Assembly (NCBI GenBank): GCA_041678645.1
Contig: JBAYNT010000001.1
Span: 1-41,480, forward strand
Reading direction: 5' to 3'
Source: Candidatus Dojkabacteria bacterium
GTDB lineage: Bacteria > Patescibacteriota > Dojkabacteria > SC72
DNA length: 41,480 bases
Each line of letters opens with the position of its first letter. Position 1 is the stretch's first letter. The notes under the pieces are model-generated. The model searched no databases. It saw only the letters and a program-made list of their open reading frames with translations, and was not told where the DNA came from. This document shows, piece after piece, positions 1 through 6,250 of this stretch. Both the position numbers and the translations under genes were made by a program.

Positions 1-1
1 A

Positions 2-523
2 GAGATTGCATCTTTTGTATATTCCGACGAGAGAAGAGAATATGATTATCTCGTTGTTATACATTCTGACCCTTTTATCCCATTTGTTGAAGAAGCTTTT
101 AAAGACAGTGATAGATACAAAGTAATCTTTGTTAATAAAAGCTTACAAGATGCTCAGGAAATACTTGAATTAGCAAAAGTAAAAATTAAAGAACTACAAA
201 AAACAACGAAGAAAGATGATCTTACAATAGCTAGAGAAAACTTCGAGCTATACTGTGAAGGATGGAGTGGAACCATCAAAGCTGTTGAGAGAGGACAGGT
301 TGAAAAGTTGTTAATTAAAACAGGGGTAACAAAAGAGGGATACATAGATCCTAAATCTAAAAAGATCTATATATATCCAACAGAAGATGCAGTCAAAGTT
401 GAGAACATCATTCCATGGCTAATCAAATTAACGAAGGATAATGGTGGAAGTATAGTAGTCTTCAGTACTCCTAAGTATAAAGATATACCTGAGATTGCTG
501 CTCAACTTAGATTTAAGAATTAG
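2..523 (+). CDS. eRF1/Pelota-like (bacterial archaeo-eukaryotic release-factor-like) protein, C-terminal part; 5' end lies outside the window
   Basis: The frame is open from base 2 and continuous with the listed 308..523 ORF. Hand translation gives ...GTIKAVERGQVEKLLIKTGV...IVVFSTPKYKDIPEIAAQLRFKN*. The AVERGQVEKLLI motif and the C-terminal IAAQLRF match the eRF1/Pelota domain-3 pattern (ALExGAVETLLI ... GIAAILRF). Confidence 0.6.
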   Translation, partial: EIASFVYSDERREYDYLVVIHSDPFIPFVEEAFKDSDRYKVIFVNKSLQDAQEILELAKVKIKELQKTTKKDDLTIARENFELYCEGWSGTIKAVERGQVEKLLIKTGVTKEGYIDPKSKKIYIYPTEDAVKVENIIPWLIKLTKDNGGSIVVFSTPKYKDIPEIAAQLRFKN

Positions 524-546
524 TTTTTAAATCGATAATGCGAGAT

Positions 547-930
547 CTAATCATGATGATGCTCTCTCTCATACTCATCAGCCTCTGCCTTATCCTTATG
601 CACTGTACCATCTGGATGATTAGGTGGTGTGTAAATAGTGTAAAGTTTTAAATCTACATCAGACACATTTATTACATTATGCAAGCTCCCTGCTGGGACT
701 ATAGCTACCATATCTTCTTTTAATATACTCTCCTCACTGCCAATCTTTACTTTAGCCTCACCCTGCTCAACTCTGAAAAATTGATCAACCTTATCATGTA
801 CTTCCTCTCCTATATCTTCTCCAGGTTTAAGACACATAACAACTAATTGCATATGTTTACCTGTATATAATACTTCCCTGAAATTACTATTATTTAGAGT
901 CTTCTCCTCTATATCATCTATATATCCCAT
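547..930 (-). CDS. cupin domain protein
   Basis: 127 aa. It has the two-motif cupin pattern (GEDIGEEVHDKVDQFFRVEQGEAKV ... VPAGSLHNV) and a His-rich C-terminus. It has an ATG start. Confidence 0.85.
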   Translation of the reverse strand: MGYIDDIEEKTLNNSNFREVLYTGKHMQLVVMCLKPGEDIGEEVHDKVDQFFRVEQGEAKVKIGSEESILKEDMVAIVPAGSLHNVINVSDVDLKLYTIYTPPNHPDGTVHKDKAEADEYEREHHHD

Positions 931-1054
931 ATTTATAATCTATTAAATTTATTTATTCTATATTTCATTTTACATCACTTGGCAGTAATACTCAAAAGAA
1001 AATATTACGATCTCTCTTATGCATCTTTGATATAATAATTTATGGTAGGAGATA

Positions 1055-1276
1055 ATGATGAAGAATAAAATTAAAGTAAAAGTTAAAATAGGAACAAAGA
1101 GGGAATCCGTTGAATATAAAGATGGAATATATACTGTATATACCAATAGTCCTGCAAGAGATAATAAGGCTAACATATCTGTAATTGAACAGTTGTCAAA
1201 ATACTTAGATATACCAAAAAGTAGTATGCAAATTAAAAGTGGAATAAAAAGTAAAAACAAAGTAATTGCATATTGA
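1055..1276 (+). CDS. DUF167/YggU-family small protein
   Basis: 73 aa. The sequence KVKVKIGTKRESVE...YTNSPARDNKANISVIEQLSKYLDIPKSSMQIKSGIKSKNKVI fits the YggU pattern (P-x-x-G/D-x-AN ... v.i..G..sr.K.v). A TGaTATAAT extended -10 and a GGAGA SD lie upstream. The overlapping minus ORF 970..1299 is treated as a shadow ORF. Confidence 0.8.
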   Translation: MMKNKIKVKVKIGTKRESVEYKDGIYTVYTNSPARDNKANISVIEQLSKYLDIPKSSMQIKSGIKSKNKVIAY

Positions 1277-1302
1277 TTCCTAAGTAATACTGTAGACATT
1301 TC

Positions 1303-1809
1303 TTACATCATCCTACTATCATATGCCCAATGTAGCACTGCTTGCCTCTGTTTTTTTCTACACTTTAAATCTAATCTCTTACAATTCTTCTGTATTGCAA
1401 CAACATGCCTCCTAAATGCTCTCCATCTCTTAATCTGCCTCTCATCCTCTATAGGGATTCTTCTACCCATATAATATCTAGCATACCACTGAAACCACCC
1501 TCTGGGGTCCTCATGATATATCCACCCTTTCTCTATCCAGTGGGAAAGTGGCATACTAGCATCTACCTGGAAGTAATTAAGAGAAACATCTTTCCTATAA
1601 GGAGACAGTTTAGCATTAGCAAACCAATCTTTGGGAAACTCGTTTGTACAATCAGTCATATATTTACCACCGAACACTCCTAACTGTAGCATTTCTTTAG
1701 GAGTAAGTTCTGGTTTGAATAATGGATCGAAATCCTTTCCTATCGGTTTTGTAAGGTAATATATATACCCCTTTTGCATCAAGTCATTTACAATTATTTT
1801 CTTTTTCAT
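1303..1809 (-). CDS. conserved protein of unknown function (GWFQWY...GRR...RQIKRW motif family)
   Basis: 168-aa ORF with an ATG start and non-repetitive, globular composition with a distinctive Trp-rich motif. I cannot place the family with certainty from memory. Confidence 0.65.
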   Translation of the reverse strand: MKKKIIVNDLMQKGYIYYLTKPIGKDFDPLFKPELTPKEMLQLGVFGGKYMTDCTNEFPKDWFANAKLSPYRKDVSLNYFQVDASMPLSHWIEKGWIYHEDPRGWFQWYARYYMGRRIPIEDERQIKRWRAFRRHVVAIQKNCKRLDLKCRKKQRQAVLHWAYDSRMM

Positions 1810-1974
1810 TTCTCAAGCTATTATAGCACTACTATGATCTGTTATAGCACTTCGCAAACAGTATTATTTTAGATAATGCTAGAGAGATTTCTAGTCAAAA
1901 AAGATGGTCGACCCTTTGGACCCTCTCGAATTTTTGGTATAATATACTGTATTTAAATTTACTCTGTATTAATT

Positions 1975-2217
1975 ATGGGAATATTAATAGCTATATTAAT
2001 TGGTGCTTTAGCAGGTTGGTTAGCCGGAGTACTTATAAAAGGTAGAGGTTTTGGATTAATAGTTAATATAATAGTTGGTATTGTTGGAAGTTTGATAGGA
2101 CAACTACTACTTGATCCACTAGGTATTCAAGCAGAGAACTTCGTAGGAGAGATTCTTGTTGCTACCATTGGTGCAGTTGTACTATTAGCTGTAATCAATC
2201 TAATTAAAAAGGATTAA
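1975..2217 (+). CDS. GlsB/YeaQ/YmgE-family (transglycosylase-associated) stress membrane protein
   Basis: 80 aa. The sequence GILIAILIGALAGWLAG...GFGLIVNIIVGIVGSLIGQLL is a typical YeaQ/YmgE Gly-zipper transmembrane pattern. A TGgTATAAT extended -10 lies about 35 nt upstream. Confidence 0.85.
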   Translation: MGILIAILIGALAGWLAGVLIKGRGFGLIVNIIVGIVGSLIGQLLLDPLGIQAENFVGEILVATIGAVVLLAVINLIKKD

Positions 2218-2238
2218 TCTCTCTAGGAGAGAAAGTAT

Positions 2239-2273
2239 AGGGTAGATATAATATGTATTTACCCTTTTTTTTT
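2239..2273 (+). terminator. intrinsic terminator after the GlsB-family gene
   Basis: Stem AGGGTA (2239-2244) pairs with TACCCT (2260-2265) and is followed by a run of about 9 T. Confidence 0.6.
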
Positions 2274-2382
2274 ATAATAATGATATAATCACCTATGGAA
2301 AGATATATAAACAACACACTCCATCATATATAGCACCTTCGGTGTCTATATTCTGTTGTATATATATATCGAAGGTAATAAA

Positions 2383-2405
2383 AGAACCCAAAAGGTTCTT
2401 TTTTG
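2383..2405 (+). terminator. intrinsic terminator/attenuator hairpin about 50 nt upstream of hisS
   Basis: Stem AGAACC (2383-2388) pairs with GGTTCT (2394-2399) around a 5-nt loop, followed by a TTTTTT run. It lies downstream of a TGaTATAAT element at 2281-2289. Confidence 0.6.
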
Positions 2406-2452
2406 TTTAAATAAATATGTTAATATAGATAAAATAATATAAAGAAAGAAAT

Positions 2453-3751
2453 ATGGGAAACAATATAAATACACAACCAATGCCTGGCTTTATGGAACTC
2501 CTTCCTAACCAACAAATAGCATTTAATAAAATGCTGGATAAAATAAACGAAGTTTACAAACTATACGGCTTTAGACCAATAGAAACGCCCATACTAGAAA
2601 GAGCAGAAGTACTACTTACCAAAAGTGGTGGTGAAACAGAAAAACAGATATACCAATTTCAAAAGGGAGATAATAATATAGCCATGAGATTTGATCTTAC
2701 CGTACCACTAGCTAGATATGTAGCACAGTATCAAAACGACTTAGTATTCCCCTTTAAAATTGGGAACATCGGAAAGGTATATAGAGGAGAGAAACCTCAA
2801 GCAGGGAGATTTAGAGAATTCTATCAATGTGATGCGGATATAATAGGTAGAGATGAACTAGATATTTCTTTTGATGCAGAAATCATAAGTTTAATGTATA
2901 CAATACTTACAGGGCTTGGATTTGATAAATTTAAGATTAAAATCAACAATAGGAAGGTGATGAGTGGTTTCTTTCAATCATTAGATATGGACAGCCCAGC
3001 TGATATCTTAAGGATTCTAGACAAATTAGATAGGCTTAAGAGAGAAGATATTGTATTTGAATTAAAAGAGTTGAAGATTGATGATGAGAAGATTGACAAA
3101 ATATTTGAATTCATTGAGACTAAAGATGATATTATAGAAAAACTTAAAGAATTTGATATACAAAACGAAATATATTGGCAAGGGGTTGAAGAACTTGAGT
3201 ATGTAGATAATAGAGTTAAAGATCTATCTATAGATGAGGAGAACTATGAAATAGATCTTGGCCTATCAAGAGGGTTAGACTACTATACAGGTACTGTATA
3301 TGAAACCTTCCTTACAGACTATCCCGAATTCGGATCTATCTACTCAGGTGGGAGATATGATAATCTAAGCTCCTACTATACAGACAACAGATTCCCAGGA
3401 GTAGGGTGTAGTATCGGCCTTACAAGGCTCTTTGATTGTTTACTTAAAGAAAACCAAATAGATACCACCCAACAAACCTCTACCAATGTGTTGATAGTTG
3501 GAATGGAAGGATTTGATACTTACGCATTAGAGTTAGGGAACAGATTAAGAGGTTTTGGAATAAATACAGAGGTACTCTTTCAATTAAAGGGTAGTTTTAA
3601 GTATGCTGACAGATTAAACATCCCTTATGTTGTAGTAATAGGAGAAGATGAAATTGAAAGCAGTAAGTACACATTAAAAGAGATGGCTTCTGGAGAACAG
3701 GTAATGTTAGAGCAGGAGGAGTTAATTGCTAAATTAAGAGGAAATATTTAA
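2453..3751 (+). CDS. hisS: histidine--tRNA ligase (archaeal/eukaryote-like sequence type)
   Basis: 432 aa. Class II aaRS motifs are present: MRFDLTVPLARYV, GKVYRGEKPQAGRFREFYQCDADIIG, and GLSRGLDYYTGTVYE ... GGRYDNL. A C-terminal anticodon-binding domain is also present. Confidence 0.95.
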   Translation: MGNNINTQPMPGFMELLPNQQIAFNKMLDKINEVYKLYGFRPIETPILERAEVLLTKSGGETEKQIYQFQKGDNNIAMRFDLTVPLARYVAQYQNDLVFPFKIGNIGKVYRGEKPQAGRFREFYQCDADIIGRDELDISFDAEIISLMYTILTGLGFDKFKIKINNRKVMSGFFQSLDMDSPADILRILDKLDRLKREDIVFELKELKIDDEKIDKIFEFIETKDDIIEKLKEFDIQNEIYWQGVEELEYVDNRVKDLSIDEENYEIDLGLSRGLDYYTGTVYETFLTDYPEFGSIYSGGRYDNLSSYYTDNRFPGVGCSIGLTRLFDCLLKENQIDTTQQTSTNVLIVGMEGFDTYALELGNRLRGFGINTEVLFQLKGSFKYADRLNIPYVVVIGEDEIESSKYTLKEMASGEQVMLEQEELIAKLRGNI

Positions 3752-4483
3752 GATATCTCCTATTTGTTTAATTTCTATAATTTGAACTGACTCATCAAAT
3801 TTATAGTTTTTGGCTATACTTTTACTATACCTTTTTAAATAAACCGCATTTTTACAACCTACCTCAATAGGAGGTAGGATATCAGATCCGAAGTTGTCAC
3901 CAACAACCATCGCCTTTTCTGGCTTACTATCAACAAGCTCAAATGCTTTCAGCCAACTCCCACTATCCTTTTCTTCATCTATATCTGTAGCAAGATATGG
4001 TATATTGAATCCTGTCAATTTAGTTAAAAGATCTACCTTAAGTCTAGTCCATTCATCTTGAGCATGAGAGTGCAATCCAACTTTCTTACCTGCTTTAAGC
4101 AAGGCCTCTAAAATCCTCGGGGTATCATCAAATGGAGTAGGTGAGTGATGGTAAAAGTCTTTGAAAAACTCTACTACTAATACAGAAAGAGATGGACTAA
4201 TATCTTTTCCTAGGTACTCCTTTAAACCAAGAAGATATCTTTCAACTATCAGTGATGGCTTTTTACCACTCCTTTCATATTCCTTATATATTAAGCTATC
4301 AATATCTCTGGCTATTTCCTCAAAATTTCCTTCCGGATCTATATTTTGGGCAACTTCAACACCCAATTGAAAAGTTTTCTGCTTAAAGTACTCTCCCGTA
4401 GCAAAAAGTGTGTTATCAATATCAAATATCACTGTACCCACACCTCTACTATCAAGAAATTCAATTAATTTGTATTGCCGCAT
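3734..4483 (-). CDS. HAD-superfamily hydrolase
   Basis: 249 aa. It has the DxDxT nucleophile motif (VIFDIDNTLF) and motif IV (VVGDNFGSDI). Its 3' end overlaps the hisS 3' end by 18 nt in a convergent arrangement. Confidence 0.8.
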   Translation of the reverse strand: MRQYKLIEFLDSRGVGTVIFDIDNTLFATGEYFKQKTFQLGVEVAQNIDPEGNFEEIARDIDSLIYKEYERSGKKPSLIVERYLLGLKEYLGKDISPSLSVLVVEFFKDFYHHSPTPFDDTPRILEALLKAGKKVGLHSHAQDEWTRLKVDLLTKLTGFNIPYLATDIDEEKDSGSWLKAFELVDSKPEKAMVVGDNFGSDILPPIEVGCKNAVYLKRYSKSIAKNYKFDESVQIIEIKQIGDILNISS

Positions 4484-4540
4484 ATTCCTAATTGGTCTAT
4501 TTTAGTTTAAACTGTATAAATAAATTATAATAAATTTCCA

Positions 4541-5254
4541 ATGAGTATGGAAGAAAACAAAAACATTGGGGAACAGGAAGTGCAAACTACACCAGAAGCT
4601 AGTAAGAAGAAAGAAAAAGGCTTTCTAACAGGGTGTTTAATATTCCTAGGTATTCTCCTTCTTCTGATTGCAATACTTGTAGGAGTAGGATATTGGGGTT
4701 ACAAGAAAGTTCAAAAAGGTATGGAGCAAACAGATTTAGGTATCACATATTCGGAGCAGGATTACTTAGATTTAATGCAAGATATAGGTCTTGATGCAGA
4801 TCCTAGTATGCTTTGTATAGATTGTCCAACACCTACATTCTCAGATCCTCGTGAGGTTTCTTTAACTGTCAGCGATAAACAGGCTTCAGCTGCTTTTGAA
4901 TATATTAACCAATCTCTTACATATGGTTCTGTTTCTGGTACCCAGATAGATGTCAGAGATAATCATGCAATACTTACAACTAATTTTACATTTCAAGGAA
5001 GGCAGTTCCCTATATATATGGTAGGAACAATTTCAAAGATTTCAGAGAATTCCATTGCTGGTAGCATTTCAGAGCTAAAAACAGGAACACTTACCATTCC
5101 AGAGAGTATTCGTAGTTTAGCAGAAAACGCATTACTGACTATTGCAAATGAGAAGTTAGCATCTGCTAAGGATAGTGTACGGATAGATAACTTAGTGTTA
5201 ACTGATAGCGGAGTTGTTTTTGATGGTTTACTGCCTACAAAAGCAGAGTTGTAA
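4541..5254 (+). CDS. membrane-anchored hypothetical protein
   Basis: 237 aa with a charged N-terminus, one transmembrane helix (FLTGCLIFLGILLLLIAILVGVGYWG) and an extracytoplasmic domain. No family was recognised. Confidence 0.6.
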   Translation: MSMEENKNIGEQEVQTTPEASKKKEKGFLTGCLIFLGILLLLIAILVGVGYWGYKKVQKGMEQTDLGITYSEQDYLDLMQDIGLDADPSMLCIDCPTPTFSDPREVSLTVSDKQASAAFEYINQSLTYGSVSGTQIDVRDNHAILTTNFTFQGRQFPIYMVGTISKISENSIAGSISELKTGTLTIPESIRSLAENALLTIANEKLASAKDSVRIDNLVLTDSGVVFDGLLPTKAEL

Positions 5255-5281
5255 GATAATTACTATAAGATACGAAAGGGC

Positions 5282-5310
5282 TTGCATTTAGTTCTAATTT
5301 TAGTTATATT
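5282..5310 (+). promoter_or_regulatory. sigma70-type promoter candidate driving the tandem ncRNA
   Basis: The -35 TTGCAT (5282-5287) and -10 TATATT (5305-5310) are separated by an exactly 17-nt spacer. No coding gene lies downstream on this strand. Confidence 0.5.
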
Positions 5311-5339
5311 TTAATCCTAGATCATTAAAAGTCTATGTC

Positions 5340-5634
5340 ATGCAAGATGTTGTTGGTTGATTTAACCATCCCTTTTCTCTTATTCTCTTCGGATTATAAG
5401 AGTTAATGTTCTGGTGTAACTCCAGCATCTTGCATTATGCAGAGTGTTGTTGGTTGATTTAACCATCCATTTATTCATATTCTCTTCGGATTATTTGAGT
5501 TTATGTTCCGGCGTAACTCCGGCTCTCTGCTTTATGCAGAGTGTTGTAGGTTGTTTCAAACCTTTCATCTTTTCTTCTTCTCTTCGGATTTGAAGATTTG
5601 ATGTTCCAGTGTAAGACTGGCACTCTGCTTTTTT
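5340..5634 (+). ncRNA. candidate structured ncRNA: three tandem ~95-nt cloverleaf-shaped modules ending in an intrinsic terminator
   Basis: The units are about 5340-5435, 5437-5532 and 5535-5628. Each has a closing stem P1 plus three hairpins, and all four helices keep pairing through different sequences in the three copies. An invariant TTCTCTTCGGATT cap contains C(UUCG)G. The P1 stem of unit 3 (GCAGAGTG/CACTCTGC) is followed by TTTTTT at 5629-5634. No conserved ORF runs across the units. Confidence 0.55.
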
Positions 5635-5652
5635 GTTATTTATTTCCATATT

Positions 5653-5684
5653 AAAAACAAAAACCGGGGCATACATACCCCGGC
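5653..5684 (-). terminator. intrinsic terminator of the RRM-protein gene
   Basis: On the minus strand the hairpin is CCGGGG-tatgtatg-CCCCGG followed by TTTTTGTTTTT, beginning about 25 nt after the stop codon. Confidence 0.75.
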
Positions 5685-5708
5685 TAAATTACAAAAATCA
5701 ATTGAATA

Positions 5709-5963
5709 CTAAAATTCTTTTGCTCTTGCTTCGTTTACTACTAAAGCTCTACCATTAATCTCGTAACCGTTAAGAGCCTCCAAAGCCTTATCGGCATCTG
5801 CATCCTCTGTATATGTAACAAAACCAAATCCTTTTGATCTTCCGCTCATCTTATCTTTAATGATGATGGCCTCTTCGACTGCACCGTGCTGACCAAAAAG
5901 GTCCTTTAGATCTTCTTCGGTAGTATTCCATTCAATATTACCTATAAATAGTTTTTTGGACAT
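5709..5963 (-). CDS. RRM (RNP-1/RNP-2) RNA-binding protein
   Basis: 84 aa. It carries RNP-2 LFIGNI and RNP-1 KGFGFVTY and has the typical single-RRM length. Confidence 0.9.
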   Translation of the reverse strand: MSKKLFIGNIEWNTTEEDLKDLFGQHGAVEEAIIIKDKMSGRSKGFGFVTYTEDADADKALEALNGYEINGRALVVNEARAKEF

Positions 5964-6250
5964 GAATAAAAAATATAAAAATTTAACAATCTAAACTATC
6001 TCTATCTACTTGGAGGTCTGAGAGATAATTCTCTAGCTAACTCACAATGAAAAGAAAAAGTTTATAGATTATAATATCCTTAATTCCCTAAAAAAGCAAA
6101 CCGTTGTTTTACTAATATCTCCTTTACTGATATAATCATGACTGTTCAAATTAGAGACTTGCGAATTACAGACCCCACAGAAATTTAATTCCCCGAATTC
6201 TACTTTGCATACCGATATTAATTCGGGTATTAAATTTTTTAAATATTTTA

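Noticed and set aside
970-1299. 109-aa minus-strand ORF overlapping the DUF167 gene
   Set aside because: The plus-strand ORF has a recognisable family signature, promoter and SD. The minus-strand ORF is a low-complexity hydrophobic shadow ORF typical of AT-rich DNA.
1906-1925. GGTCGACCCT/GGACCCT motif upstream of the GlsB-family gene, which resembles the reverse complement (GGTCCGACCCT) of the core of the 65-bp repeats and could indicate a shared regulator site
   Set aside because: The match is only ~10 nt with an indel and there are two loci in total. That cannot be distinguished from chance without a genome-wide motif count.
2221-2452. T-box riboswitch upstream of hisS
   Set aside because: The leader is only ~110 nt. 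It lacks the specifier-loop/stem I architecture and the conserved T-box sequence (AAUUAGGGUGGUACCGCG-like). Only a simple hairpin plus terminator is visible.
5341-5676. Small peptide genes inside the tandem RNA units, namely the 23-codon ORF starting at ATG 5335 and the 61-aa minus-strand ORF 5491-5676
   Set aside because: The reading frames are not conserved between the three paralogous units; unit 2 hits a stop after 6 codons. Substitutions between units preserve base pairing rather than codons. The minus-strand ORF also runs through the RRM-gene terminator.
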